In this document: piece by piece, positions 52,296 to 62,799 of the stretch
Numbering within the stretch: position 1 is the first letter of the stretch
Layout: each line of letters begins with the position of its first letter
NCBI GenBank assembly: GCA_965262715.1
Contig: OZ253553.1
Coordinates: forward strand, 2,560,001 to 2,624,000
Source of the DNA: Bdellovibrionales bacterium
GTDB taxonomy: Bacteria > Bdellovibrionota > Bdellovibrionia > Bdellovibrionales > JAUICD01
Direction: 5' to 3'
DNA length: 64,000 nucleotides
The notes under the pieces: generated by a model
Told to the model about the DNA's origin: nothing
Databases searched by the model: none
Seen by the model: only the letters and a program-made list of their open reading frames with translations
Position numbers and translations under genes: made by a program

Positions 52296-54405
52296 AAGAT
52301 TTGTATATTTGATCTAAATCCCAACAGATATCATCATTTTTAATAGCTTCACCACCTGTTTCACCTAAAAGTATACCATCTTTTAAATCTGGTTCTGTAA
52401 ATTGATCTAAAACAGCATTGACACTTAAAGGGTCTACAGCAAGGATGACTTGATAAAGTTTTTCAGAAAACAAAGGAATGTCATTTAATAATTTGATGCC
52501 TACACAAGCTGATTTACAACAAAGTCTGCAAAGAGTATAACCGACAGAGTGTTTTATAACCCTTGAAGCAAATATTTTATCTGTAGAACATAAATTTTTT
52601 AAATCATATATCCATTGATTAAGCTTATCAAAATCTGGCTTCTTGTCATATCGATCAAGATAAGACATATTTATTTCTAACAGTAAAATGGCATGTCCTA
52701 CCTTATAAATTGCATCTTCAGGGATATGTGATGAGTTGTCTTTTAAACCGACCATACCAATTGCAGGAGTAGGTGTGATATTTTGATCTTGAAACTCATT
52801 ATAAAAACTGACGTTACCAGAAATGATAGGAATATTTAGAGATTGACAGGCTTCATTCATCCCATGGACTGTATCTACAAATTGGGTCATGATCTGTGTT
52901 TTTTGCGGGTTTCCAAAGTTTAGGCAATTTGTCACAGCAATAGGTTCGAACCCTTTAATAGCAAGCTCTATAGCAGGGTAAAATATGGCATCTTTGCCTC
53001 CTATTAAGGCATCTTGTTGCATGATGTGAGGGCGACCACCTAAAACTATGCCTAGATCTCTTTGAGTTTCAGGAAGCTTTAAAACTCCTACGCTATAAGA
53101 GCAATCTCTTACAGTTTTAGCTCCAACTCTTTGGTCATATTGTTGAAAAACCCAACGCCTTGAACAGCCTTGCGCGCTTGAAAGCTGATCCCAAATAGAT
53201 ATTGGATGTGTTTGAGATGTGTTTAAAGACTCATATCCTTTATGATCTTCTCCCTCATTGTATGGCCTGTTATATTCAGGGGCATCTTTAACTAAAATAT
53301 CAGGGTCTATTTTAGCTATTTCTTTGCCATGCCAATAAAGATAAACTTGTCTCTCCTTAATGATATGACCTATTTGCTGGGCTTGTAGGTCCCACTTATT
53401 AAAAATAGCCTGTAGTTCTTGAAGGTTTTCAGGGTGGCAGATCACAAGCATCCTCTCCTGACTTTCTGATAAAAGAATATCTGCTGGAGTTAAATTTTGA
53501 TCTCTTAAGGGGACTTGATCTAAATAAAGTTCCATCCCAACTTGTCCCTTAGAGGCCATCTCAAAGCTAGAGCTAGTGAGACCAGAGGCGCCCATATCTT
53601 GAATAGCTTCTACAAGATTGGCTTTCATCGCTTCTAAACAAGATTCAATAAGCAATTTCTCAAAAAAAGGATCACCGATTTGTACAGTTGGTCTGTTATC
53701 AATTCCTTCATCTGAAGGTTTACTTGCCATACTTGCACCATGAATGCCATCTCGGCCTGTTTTTGCGCCTACATAGACAACCAAGTCCCCTTCATTTTTT
53801 GGATGAGATAAAAAAATTTTATCATTTTTACCAAAATACCCTAGAGCAAAAGCATTGACTAAAATATTATAATTATAACCTGAGTGAAATTCTGTTTGGC
53901 CTGTCAGCATAGGTACTCCTACACAATTACCATATCCTCCTATACCACGGACAACACCATTTAGAAGCCATTTCATTTTAGGGGAGATAGGACTCCCAAA
54001 ACAAAGGTAGTTTGCAAGAGCGATAGGTCTTGCTCCCATTGTGAAAATATCTCTTAAAATACCTCCTACACCTGTTGCAGCACCTTGGTAAGGTTCAATT
54101 AAGCTAGGATGATTGTGGCTTTCTATCTTAAAGGCAATTCTTTCTCCTTGTCCTAAATCTACAACACCAGCATTTTCACCAAAACCATGAAGCACTCTTT
54201 TGTGTTGGGAAAAAAGCTTTCTTAGATGTTTTTTTGAGCTTTTATAACTGCAATGCTCACTCCATAAAGCAGAAAAAAGAGACCATTCTACTCCTTGTGG
54301 CTCTCTATTAAGCTTTTTGCAAGCCAATTGGTACTCTTCTTGAGATAAGCCATAATAGTTAAGTTTGTCTTTTTTTGCCTTTTGGCTGTTATCTTCTGTA
54401 TTCAT
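52267..54405 (-). CDS. purL: Phosphoribosylformylglycinamidine synthase subunit PurL
   Basis: WSEHCSYKSS, ESHNHPS, SESQERM, NCLNFGNP, SGNVSFYN. Confidence 0.97.
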   Translation of the reverse strand: MNTEDNSQKAKKDKLNYYGLSQEEYQLACKKLNREPQGVEWSLFSALWSEHCSYKSSKKHLRKLFSQHKRVLHGFGENAGVVDLGQGERIAFKIESHNHPSLIEPYQGAATGVGGILRDIFTMGARPIALANYLCFGSPISPKMKWLLNGVVRGIGGYGNCVGVPMLTGQTEFHSGYNYNILVNAFALGYFGKNDKIFLSHPKNEGDLVVYVGAKTGRDGIHGASMASKPSDEGIDNRPTVQIGDPFFEKLLIESCLEAMKANLVEAIQDMGASGLTSSSFEMASKGQVGMELYLDQVPLRDQNLTPADILLSESQERMLVICHPENLQELQAIFNKWDLQAQQIGHIIKERQVYLYWHGKEIAKIDPDILVKDAPEYNRPYNEGEDHKGYESLNTSQTHPISIWDQLSSAQGCSRRWVFQQYDQRVGAKTVRDCSYSVGVLKLPETQRDLGIVLGGRPHIMQQDALIGGKDAIFYPAIELAIKGFEPIAVTNCLNFGNPQKTQIMTQFVDTVHGMNEACQSLNIPIISGNVSFYNEFQDQNITPTPAIGMVGLKDNSSHIPEDAIYKVGHAILLLEINMSYLDRYDKKPDFDKLNQWIYDLKNLCSTDKIFASRVIKHSVGYTLCRLCCKSACVGIKLLNDIPLFSEKLYQVILAVDPLSVNAVLDQFTEPDLKDGILLGETGGEAIKNDDICWDLDQIYKSYEKEKSFGF

Positions 54406-54610
54406 AAGTGATATGGCCCTCGTTCAATGTGTTATACAAGTGAGGGGAACTTAATGCAAGCTCAATCCTCTTAAGTTCCTTTGGGTTGCAAAAACAATTA
54501 GAAAATAAACTGGAATTATTTTTTAAATTAGCTACAATATAATAAGAAAAATAATAGGTCTTAGAAAGTTATTATTGTTTATGAGTTTGTGAGTTGTTTA
54601 GGCTATCATT

Positions 54611-55405
54611 ATGATGATTTTTTTATTCACTATTTGCTTAGGAGCCATTGTTGGGATACTATCTACTTTTTTAGGTTTAGGTGGTGGGATCTTTTTCGTA
54701 ACGCTTCTTCCTCTTCTTTACGAGGGAATTGACCATAAAACGGCTATTGGAACTGGTCTGGCTAGTGTATTTTTAATTGTTTCTTTAAACACTTTTCAAT
54801 TCAACAAAAGAGGACTTGTATGCTGGAGTACTGTTTTAAAACTGGCGCCCTCTACTCTCATTTTTGCTTTTTTAGCTGGCAAATTAGCGCATAAGGTTCC
54901 AAATGAGATACTTATTTTATGTCTTACAGGGGTTTTGGGTTATTTGTCTTTTCGATCCTTTGTAAATAAGCCTAAAAAGAAAAAGCCAAAATCTATACCT
55001 TTGATATGGCTGAACTTATTAGGAATTTATGCAGGAGGGATTTCAGGGTTGACAGGTATTGGTTCTGGAGCTGTCACAAGTACATGTTTTTTAAACTGGA
55101 ACCTTTTACCAAATCAAAAAATCTCTCCAACAAGTAATGCTGTGATGGTCATGACAAATTTATCAGGACTCCTTGCTTATTTAGAACTTCAAAATATGAC
55201 CTTTCATTGGCCTCTGCAAATCGGTTATGTGAGATGGGATTTAGCCCTTTTGCTTTTTGCCTCTTCTCTCTTAACAGTGTTTTTTGGTGTACGTTTGCAA
55301 GGTCGTATTGCTGAAAAGACTAGATCTTTATCTATTGCTTACTTATTGTTTGTTCTTTGTATTTATGAAGCTTTTCAGTTTTATCAGTTGTATAAGAATT
55401 TGTGA
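54611..55405 (+). CDS. TauE/SafE (TSUP) family transporter
   Basis: GLGGG and GLTGIGSG repeats, about 8 TMs. Confidence 0.85.
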   Translation: MMIFLFTICLGAIVGILSTFLGLGGGIFFVTLLPLLYEGIDHKTAIGTGLASVFLIVSLNTFQFNKRGLVCWSTVLKLAPSTLIFAFLAGKLAHKVPNEILILCLTGVLGYLSFRSFVNKPKKKKPKSIPLIWLNLLGIYAGGISGLTGIGSGAVTSTCFLNWNLLPNQKISPTSNAVMVMTNLSGLLAYLELQNMTFHWPLQIGYVRWDLALLLFASSLLTVFFGVRLQGRIAEKTRSLSIAYLLFVLCIYEAFQFYQLYKNL

Positions 55406-55445
55406 CGTATTTGCTTTTAACTTTTATTGATGTCTTATAAAATCT

Positions 55446-55718
55446 TTAGAACTCAAAAGGTTTAGGTGAAATGGGAGCAGGCCTTCCAGATTTTGAATAA
55501 GCAGCTACACCAATAGGCAAGAGTCCTAAATGACGGGATTTTTTAATAGCTTGTTTAAGATGTCTTTGTTGGAAGTGGCTGAGTTTAGTTATCCTGGCAG
55601 GAGTGATTTTAGCTCCCTCAGACAAACATTTACTTAAGCTTAAAGGGTTTTTGTAATCAAAAACATAATCAGAAGGGTAATCTAGGCGATACTTTAAACG
55701 AACATTTTTGTTTAACAT
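55446..55718 (-). CDS. rpsR: 30S ribosomal protein S18
   Basis: DYKN..L...LSEGAKITPARIT...QR....AIKKSR.LGLLP. Confidence 0.9.
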   Translation of the reverse strand: MLNKNVRLKYRLDYPSDYVFDYKNPLSLSKCLSEGAKITPARITKLSHFQQRHLKQAIKKSRHLGLLPIGVAAYSKSGRPAPISPKPFEF

Positions 55719-55901
55719 TATCTGGCACTCCTTATGGGCTTAAATTTTGTATATCTCTACTTAATTGTATGCATTAGCTGTAAAAAGTAAACAATAAAGG
55801 CTTGTCAAAAGGCCTTCTTTTTTATATACAAAGTGAGAATACTTTTATATAGTATAATGATAGTAAAAACAACTCATAATTTTTAAAAGGGGCTTCTTAT
55901 T

Positions 55902-56186
55902 ATGTCCATTTGCGAGCTTACAAGGAAAAAACCAGTTGTTGTGAATTTAGTGAGTCATTCTAATATCAAAACCAAGTCATTTAGTAGGCCTAATATTCAA
56001 AATAAGCAGCTTTATAGCCAAGCACTCAGGCAGAGCTTTAATTTTAACATTGCAATAAGCACATTACGTACAATAGAGCATAAAGGGGGCTTTGACACAT
56101 TTATTTTAAAGCAACCAAGTCATTTACTTTCAAAAAGGGCCGTGATAGTTCAAAAAAAGATAAAAAAGAAGTTAAAATCAATTTAA
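55902..56186 (+). CDS. rpmB: 50S ribosomal protein L28
   Basis: CELT.KKP...N.VSHSNIKTK...PNIQ; LRTIEHKGGFD. Confidence 0.92.
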   Translation: MSICELTRKKPVVVNLVSHSNIKTKSFSRPNIQNKQLYSQALRQSFNFNIAISTLRTIEHKGGFDTFILKQPSHLLSKRAVIVQKKIKKKLKSI

Positions 56187-56236
56187 TCTAATATTTTGAG
56201 TTAAAATATTTACAAACAAATAAGGTAGAGGGTTTT

Positions 56237-56548
56237 ATGAGCAGTGGTATAGGTAAAAAATTTAGAGCTTATAAAGGACGTTCTGCCAAAGTTATTGCAG
56301 GTGCTGATAAGGGTAAAACAGGCACTATTTTAAACATTCGTGAATTTAATAATACCATACAGGTTCAGGTACAAGGGGTGCGTCTGCAAAAAAAGCATGA
56401 TAAAAAGGAAGGTATAAAAACTCAAACAGGTTATATTGATTTTTCCAATATCAAGGTAGATCTTACAAAAGCAAAGGTTACAAGCTCACCTAAAACAAAT
56501 AAGAAGGATCAAAAAACTCCTGTAAAGGCAAATGATGATAAATCATGA
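56237..56548 (+). CDS. rplX: 50S ribosomal protein L24-like (KOW)
   Basis: VIAGADKGKTGTIL, VQGV..QKKH, IDFSNI. Confidence 0.75.
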   Translation: MSSGIGKKFRAYKGRSAKVIAGADKGKTGTILNIREFNNTIQVQVQGVRLQKKHDKKEGIKTQTGYIDFSNIKVDLTKAKVTSSPKTNKKDQKTPVKANDDKS

Positions 56549-57501
56549 ATAAAAACCTTGCTTTAGAATTTGTAAAGGTCACAGAAACTGCTGCTGTTGC
56601 AAGTGCTAAATTTATAGGAAAAGGAGATTCTATCGCAGCAGATCAGGCGGCTGTAGATGCTATGAGAAAGGCATTTAACCGTGTAGATATTGATGGAGAG
56701 ATTGTTATAGGTGAAGGTGAGCGTGATAAAGCTCCTATGCTCTTCATTGGGGAGAAAGTTGGCAGTTTAACAAGTGGTTGTCCGCAAGTTGATATTGCTT
56801 TGGACCCGTTAGAAGGGACTTCAATTTGCGCAAAGGCTGGGTATGGGGCACTTTCAGTTCTTGCCGTGGCTCCCAAGAAAAATCTTTTACATGCTCCAGA
56901 TACTTATATGGATAAAATTGCTGTAGGCCCAGAAGGTTGTCATGCTGTTCATATTGAAAATTCTGCTACAAAGAACATCCAGTCTTTAGCTAGAGCATTA
57001 AAAAAGAATGTCTCTGATATAACCGTTACAATTTTAAATAGACCTCGTCATGAGAAGCTTTTAGATGAAGTTCGAATGACAGGGGCACGTGTTCAACTTA
57101 TTGATGACGGAGATGTTTCTGCAGCTATTATGACAGCACAAAAAAACTCTGGTGTTGACTTGCTTTTAGGTATTGGAGGAGCTCCTGAGGGAGTTCTTGC
57201 AGCTGTTGCTCTTAAATGTTTACGTGGAAAATTTGAAGGTCAATTAAAATTTCAGGATTCTCAAGAAAGAGAGCGTGCTATTTCTATGGGTTTGAAAGAT
57301 CCTGATCAGAGTTTAAAGTTAGAAGAATTAGTCTCATCAGATGATATTATGTTTATCGCAACAGGTGTAACAGATGGCCCTCTTTTAAGGGGTGTTCAAT
57401 TTTGTTCAGAATCTGGTATAAAAACATTTTCAATAGTGATTCAACCAGGGACGACTCTTTATATTGAAACTATTCATCAATCAGATGAGATGGTCGTGTA
57501 A
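56545..57501 (+). CDS. glpX: Class II fructose-1,6-bisphosphatase
   Basis: VIGEGERDKAPML, DPLEGT, APDTYM, GIGGAPEGV, ATGVTDG. Confidence 0.96.
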   Translation: MNKNLALEFVKVTETAAVASAKFIGKGDSIAADQAAVDAMRKAFNRVDIDGEIVIGEGERDKAPMLFIGEKVGSLTSGCPQVDIALDPLEGTSICAKAGYGALSVLAVAPKKNLLHAPDTYMDKIAVGPEGCHAVHIENSATKNIQSLARALKKNVSDITVTILNRPRHEKLLDEVRMTGARVQLIDDGDVSAAIMTAQKNSGVDLLLGIGGAPEGVLAAVALKCLRGKFEGQLKFQDSQERERAISMGLKDPDQSLKLEELVSSDDIMFIATGVTDGPLLRGVQFCSESGIKTFSIVIQPGTTLYIETIHQSDEMVV

Positions 57502-57805
57502 ATTTGGTCACAATATGATGTCTATAAATATTAAATGCTTTTCTTGTAAAAAAGTCACTAGTTGGGAAAATGTAACAAGAAGGGATGAATGTCCTCATTG
57601 TAAAGCTGATGCGCATGTTTGTTTGAATTGTCGGTTTTTCTCTGAGTCTCATCATCATCAATGCCTAGAAACTCAAGCTGAATATGTCAAAGAAAAAGAA
57701 CGTGCCAATTTTTGTGAATACTTTGCCCCTTCATCTTCCTCTGATCAAAGTGGTTCTAAGTCGGAAGATTTATTAAAAACTGCTGAACAGTTGTTTAAAA
57801 AATAA
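57464..57805 (+). CDS. Small Cys-rich zinc-ribbon protein (start likely ~57515)
   Basis: CFSC, CPHC, CLNCRFF, KERANFCEYF, AEQLFKK. Confidence 0.75.
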   Translation: MKLFINQMRWSCKFGHNMMSINIKCFSCKKVTSWENVTRRDECPHCKADAHVCLNCRFFSESHHHQCLETQAEYVKEKERANFCEYFAPSSSSDQSGSKSEDLLKTAEQLFKK

Positions 57806-57894
57806 TCAATATAACCATTCATAATTTGTGAAAGAAGCCTTTACTAACTAGTAGATGGTTTTTAGGTATAGGGTTTAAGCAACTAAATCATTGT

Positions 57895-58677
57895 TTAAAT
57901 ACTGACAGGTTGTTCTAGTGGAGATGTTCTTCTTAAATAATCTAAGTCATATATACAAGAAAGGTTATTAATATCTTCTTCATTCACTGGTTGCCTGACT
58001 AAATCAGTTATCATATTAGACTTAATGTACATTAGAGGGCTGTTAGGGTTATCAGCTAATCCGAGCGCATGCCCAAATTCATGAGATATAGTATTTCTTA
58101 TCAAGTTTTCGTTAAAAGCTCTTATACCTCTTGGATTTAAATATTGAAGATTAGTATTAATGAGAGTGTTAACTGTATCTTCTACTATTATAATATCAGT
58201 ATTTATAAGCTGAACGTAAGAGTTCACTAGTTTAACACCCGATTTTCTTGTAAGAGCTAAAGAACGTGTATAAGAGTTATTTTCGTCAGTAACTGGAATC
58301 TCACTTCGACTTAACCAATAGATCACATTTTTTTTATCAGATTCCATAGAGTTTACACTTAAGACACGTTTTTGATTGATATCGTTTTGGATTATAATAA
58401 ATTTGGCATCAAGTGCTGTATTCCACATTTCAGCACTTTCATGGAAAAAAGAAATATATTCTTCAGGAACAGTATGGTGTAATTCAAAAAGAACAGGTAA
58501 AGATATACCCCAAGAATGAGGTAAATCTGAAAACTTTTCTGATCGAGTTACAAACTCACATGAATTATCTGGATCTCTTGTTGCGTTAGAATTTGGATTA
58601 GGAGCAGGGGAGCAGCCACAAAAAATTATTGATAAAATCCATAGTGTTAATTTGTGATAGAAATTTTTTTTCATCAT
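57895..58677 (-). CDS. Matrixin-like (metzincin) lipoprotein
   Basis: Lipobox FCGC, HEFGHALGLAD, Met-turn SPLMY. Confidence 0.8.
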   Translation of the reverse strand: MMKKNFYHKLTLWILSIIFCGCSPAPNPNSNATRDPDNSCEFVTRSEKFSDLPHSWGISLPVLFELHHTVPEEYISFFHESAEMWNTALDAKFIIIQNDINQKRVLSVNSMESDKKNVIYWLSRSEIPVTDENNSYTRSLALTRKSGVKLVNSYVQLINTDIIIVEDTVNTLINTNLQYLNPRGIRAFNENLIRNTISHEFGHALGLADNPNSPLMYIKSNMITDLVRQPVNEEDINNLSCIYDLDYLRRTSPLEQPVSI

Positions 58678-59079
58678 AAAGCTCTTTGAAGTTTATGTTA
58701 TAAGAAGCATATCAGAGCACAGGCTTGATAATTTTTCAATCAAAATTTCACTAAAAAAGTAATGTAAAGTCTTTATTAAATATAGATAAAGGACAACCTG
58801 ATAAAGGCAAAGAGGTCTGAAATAATATTTAATAAGTTCAATCTATGTATGAAATAACTAAAATATATTGTAGGTCGCTTTAAAAATAATATTTAACTTA
58901 ATTTATGAAGTAATATCCATGACTTGCTTCTTTTTTAAAGATTCTTTAAATATATATGGACTTTATAGTTTTTTGCAGAAAAACTTGATTCATTAGAAAA
59001 GGATGTGTTAACTGTCTCTCTATAGACTTTTTGTGGCTATGTACTTTTTGGTAACACAACATGGTTAAGGTGGAGTGGT

Positions 59080-59964
59080 TTGCATTTTTGTAGAATTGTA
59101 TTCTTAATAGCTACCAGTATAGCAGTAGTAGGTGGGTTTGTGTTAGCAAATGATCAAGTTGCTGTTTTGCAAACTGAGTCACCTGTCTGTGTCTCGCCTT
59201 TATTACAAGATAGGGTATCAAATCATTTACAAGAGATAGAGCTTTTTGCGGCAATCATGGATGGGGATCACTCAGCTGTACGGAAGGCGTTACAGGCTGG
59301 GACAGATTCTTCTACTATTTCCAATTCTATATATGCAATTTATAAAACGAGTGAACCTATATTAAATGCATCAAATCCAAGAGTTAAAGCAGTCAATCCA
59401 AAAGCTGTATTTATACCTAAGCCTGATGATACACTGTTAGATAGATTTTTTTATACTCGTAAAAATGGTACCAAAACAAACTCATTGATATCGAGTCTGT
59501 TAGATAAACTCTTTAATGTTCATGGGAGTGATAATGATACAGAGATCATAGAACTACCAGCTTTACATATTGCTGTGGTAATGGGTAATCCTCATATAGT
59601 AAAGTTACTTTTAGAAGCTCATGCAGATACAAAAACAATAGATAAACAATATAATCTTACGGCTTTGTCTTTTTTGTGTTGTCAAGGACGTGTTGACGAT
59701 GCAGTTGATGTAGAATTAATGGTAGAATCTTTTATTGAAGCTGGTTCAAACAGTAATGAAGTGGCTAATGCATTTCATTATGCAGCTATGACAAGTAATG
59801 TGATTGTGGCTGCTGCTCTTGTGAAAGAAGCAAAGGAATTCATACCAGATTGGATGCTCACTATGCAGCGTGCAGTTCCATTAAGGGACAGAGAAAGAGC
59901 AAGTGCTTATAATTCAATGTTACAACAATTAATGGATATGAGGTTAATTGAACCAGAACCATAA
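59080..59964 (+). CDS. Secreted ankyrin repeat protein
   Basis: LFAAIMDGDHSAVRKALQAG, ALHIAVVMGNPHIVKLLLEAHAD. Confidence 0.8.
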   Translation: MHFCRIVFLIATSIAVVGGFVLANDQVAVLQTESPVCVSPLLQDRVSNHLQEIELFAAIMDGDHSAVRKALQAGTDSSTISNSIYAIYKTSEPILNASNPRVKAVNPKAVFIPKPDDTLLDRFFYTRKNGTKTNSLISSLLDKLFNVHGSDNDTEIIELPALHIAVVMGNPHIVKLLLEAHADTKTIDKQYNLTALSFLCCQGRVDDAVDVELMVESFIEAGSNSNEVANAFHYAAMTSNVIVAAALVKEAKEFIPDWMLTMQRAVPLRDRERASAYNSMLQQLMDMRLIEPEP

Positions 59965-59985
59965 ATTGACCATCAACTAAAAACT

Positions 59986-60207
59986 TCATACTTCAATTAA
60001 TCTAGGGTGCTGCATTTTAGAAGAGGCATATTTTATAGAAGCTCTTATATCTTTCTCTGTTAATTCTGGAAATTCTTCTATTATCTCAGAAAAAGATAAT
60101 CCATTTCCTAAAAGATCTAAAACATCTACTACCCTTATACGCATTCCTCTTATACAAGGTTGTCCACCACATTGGTTGAAATTTATAGTAATAATATTTT
60201 TATCCGT
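59986..60207 (-). pseudogene. DUF433 antitoxin-like gene with ACG at the start position (absent from ORF track)
   Basis: DKNIITINFNQCGGQPCIRGMRIRVVDVLDLLGNGLSFSEIIEEFPELTEKDIRA; GAGGTG RBS; ATGA overlap with an MKFLVDGQ stub. Confidence 0.85.
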
Positions 60208-60612
60208 ATTTCACCTCATTAAATTATTGTTTTTGAATAGAGAGTATGGGTTTTCTTTTTTCATAATTACCACAATTTATGTTATAATTATACATATAGA
60301 AACTTAGATTTGTCATTATATTTATATTTGTCACAATTTATCTGACAATCGGTTCCTGGATACTGCTTGCCTGAATGCCAGAAAAACAAAGGGTGGATAG
60401 GTACAATCATCAGGCAGTCGGGCAATCTGTATTAGGCAACAGCTTGCCAGATGACTAGAGGAAGATATTAAAAAAATGAAAAGATGATTTCCTTAACATT
60501 TTGTAAAAAAATAATAAAGATCCGCCTTAGTAAAAATAAACGGATTTTTGAGACAGTGTAGTAGAAGGATTGTTTTTTAGAAAAACAAGGAAAAAATCTT
60601 TGAAGCTATGAT

Positions 60613-60695
60613 TTGATGCATAAGCTGAGTCCTCGAGCGATTGCTTAGATAGCAATCACTCTGCGGAAGATCTCGTTCTTCAGCTTATACATCAA
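60613..60695 (+). repeat. Structured motif, family B
   Basis: TTGATGCATAAGCTGAGTCCTCGAG...CTGCGGAAGA...TCAGCTTATACATCAA. Confidence 0.7.
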
Positions 60696-60763
60696 GTCTT
60701 ATTTAGCTATAAAGATTTGGTGTAATTTGTAAGGAGAGGAAGTAAGAAATAAGATAGTAACCA

Positions 60764-60910
60764 TTTTCCCTAACATGAGATAAGAGAATAAAGACATTCT
60801 TCCTACTAAAAATAAACATGCTTTTGAGGTAGTCAGCTTTTTATTGAAGGCGTGAGCCTTCAAGCTGACTACCCAAAAGTGGCTAGAAGCCAGTTTATTT
60901 TTAGTGAGAT
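60764..60910 (-). repeat. Family A hairpin element (partial copy also at ~60488-60555)
   Basis: Reverse complement TCACTAAAAATAAAC...GGTAGTCAGCT/AGCTGACTACC...ATGTTAGGGAAAA. Confidence 0.8.
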
Positions 60911-61161
60911 AAAATCGAGAGGCATTTTAGTGAAACAGAGGCAGGTTTATTTTTAGTGAAATAATTGTAATATGATATAATATTATAAACGTGTTACCTC
61001 ATAATAAATTGTGTTTTTATGAATAGAGATGGACATTTCTCATTTTTGTGTTATAAACTAAGGAAATTTTATCTTAAATGTAAAGACCTGCTGATTTGCT
61101 TTAAAAATACCGATTAGTTTTAATCAGTGGTGGCTTTTTATTACTAAAAGGAGAATTTTTA

Positions 61162-62310
61162 ATGTTGAGAGTGCCAGTAAAACCTGAACTATTACGTTGG
61201 GCATACCAACGTGCAGGTATTAAGCCTCAAGACTTAAACAAACGTTTTAAAAAACTGGAAGATTGGGAAACTGGTAAAGTAAAACCCACACTCAAACAAT
61301 TAGAAGCTTTTGCTGATGCCACTTATGCGCCAATTGGATATTTATTTTTAGATAAACCCCCAGCAGAGGAAAAAATTCCTATACCAGATTTACGCACAAT
61401 AGGCAATAAAGAAGTCCATAGACCAAGCCTTCAACTTATTGATACTATTCATTTATGTCAACAACGGCAGGATTGGTATCGAGATTATATCCGCTCTGAA
61501 GGTCATAAACCTCTTACATTTGTTGGTTCCGCTAATATAAAAAATTCTATTGAAAAAATAGCTGAAGAAATGCGCAAAGCTCTTAATTTTAACTTAGAAA
61601 CGCGTAAACAACTTCAAACTTGGGAGAATGCTTTGCAGTTATTTAGAAAGCAAGTTGATCGTATTGGTGTCATGGTTATGATTAGTGGTGTTGTAGGTAA
61701 TAACACTAAACGCGAACTGAATGTTGAAGAATTTAGAGGTTTTACTTTAAGCGACAATTTTGCTCCTTTAATCTTTATAAATGGTCAAGATGCCAAATCT
61801 GCGCAAATGTTTACTTTAGCTCATGAACTAGCTCATATCTGGCTTGGTGAAAGTGCCATTAGTAACGTGGCTTTAAACTCTCATCTATCTAATAATAAGG
61901 AGATTGAAGTTTGGTGTAATAAAGTTGCAGCAGAGTTCCTTGTTCCATTAAAAAGTCTTAAAAAAGAAGATGTGGGAACTCATCCTCTTAATGTTATTGT
62001 GCCTTTAGCTAAAAAATATAAGGTAAGTACATTAGTCACTATACGTAGATTATTTGATGCTGGATACATTAACCAAGATGAGTTTGATAAGTCTTATAAA
62101 GAGGAGCTTATTAAAATTAGAAAATCTTCTAAAAGCAGTGGTGGAGGTCACTTTTACCGTACAATAGAAATACGTACTAATAAAAGATTTATACGTAACC
62201 TTATGACATCTACTTATGAAGGAAAAACTTTATTTACAGAGGCCTTTCGTTTGCTAGGTATTACAAAAATAAAAACATTCGAGAGGATGAGAAAAGAAAT
62301 ATGGGAATGA
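61162..62310 (+). CDS. XRE-HTH plus ImmA/IrrE family metallopeptidase
   Basis: WETGKVKPTLKQL, FRGF, IFING.D, FTLAHELAHIWLG, CNKVAAEFLVP. Confidence 0.92.
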   Translation: MLRVPVKPELLRWAYQRAGIKPQDLNKRFKKLEDWETGKVKPTLKQLEAFADATYAPIGYLFLDKPPAEEKIPIPDLRTIGNKEVHRPSLQLIDTIHLCQQRQDWYRDYIRSEGHKPLTFVGSANIKNSIEKIAEEMRKALNFNLETRKQLQTWENALQLFRKQVDRIGVMVMISGVVGNNTKRELNVEEFRGFTLSDNFAPLIFINGQDAKSAQMFTLAHELAHIWLGESAISNVALNSHLSNNKEIEVWCNKVAAEFLVPLKSLKKEDVGTHPLNVIVPLAKKYKVSTLVTIRRLFDAGYINQDEFDKSYKEELIKIRKSSKSSGGGHFYRTIEIRTNKRFIRNLMTSTYEGKTLFTEAFRLLGITKIKTFERMRKEIWE

Positions 62311-62618
62311 CCTATTTACTTGATACTGATGTATTTATAAGTGCGAAGAATCTTCATTATGGTTTTGATTTTTGTCCCGCTTTTTGGGATTGGTTAATTG
62401 TAAAAAATAAAGAGGAAAAAGTTTTTAGTATTAAAAATGTATATGATGAAATAAATAAAGGTAAAGATGAATTATCAGAATGGATGAAAAATAAAGGAAG
62501 CAACTTGTTTTTAAAACCAGATGAAGGGTTACTAACTGCTTTAAAACATATTACTGACTGGGTAGCTGTCTCACTTAAAATAAACTGGCCTCTGGCTATT
62601 TTTGGACAGTTAGCCTGA
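62301..62618 (+). pseudogene. DUF4411 (PIN-like) protein truncated by a family A insertion near 62566
   Basis: YLLDTDVFISAKNLHYGFDFCPAFWDWL; after DWV the frame reads into repeat sequence also seen at 63208. Confidence 0.8.
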
Positions 62619-62710
62619 AGATTTACATCTTCAAGAAAATGCTAACTGTCTCAAAAATCCGTTTATTTTAAGTAGAAAGGATATTCTCTTTTCTTTACTA
62701 CATGTTAAGG
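62570..62710 (+). repeat. Family A hairpin element
   Basis: TCACTTAAAATAAAC/GTTTATTTTAAGT and GACAGTTAGC/GCTAACTGTC stems, CATGTTAAGG tail. Confidence 0.8.
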
Positions 62711-62799
62711 CAATCCGGCAAACTGTATCAGGTAGCTGGCAACTGTTTTAAATTTTTCCCTAATTTTTTCTCCCACCAAAGGGTAAAGGAGAAAAAGGT

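Noticed and set aside
4343..57661. Other short ORFs (4343, 15812, 18092, 21836, 27685, 29126, 49287, 49488, 50693, 51319, 51431, 56643, 57470)
   Set aside because: Overlap real genes or repeats and have no recognisable motif; 18092..18274 could be a gene fragment but is unsupported.
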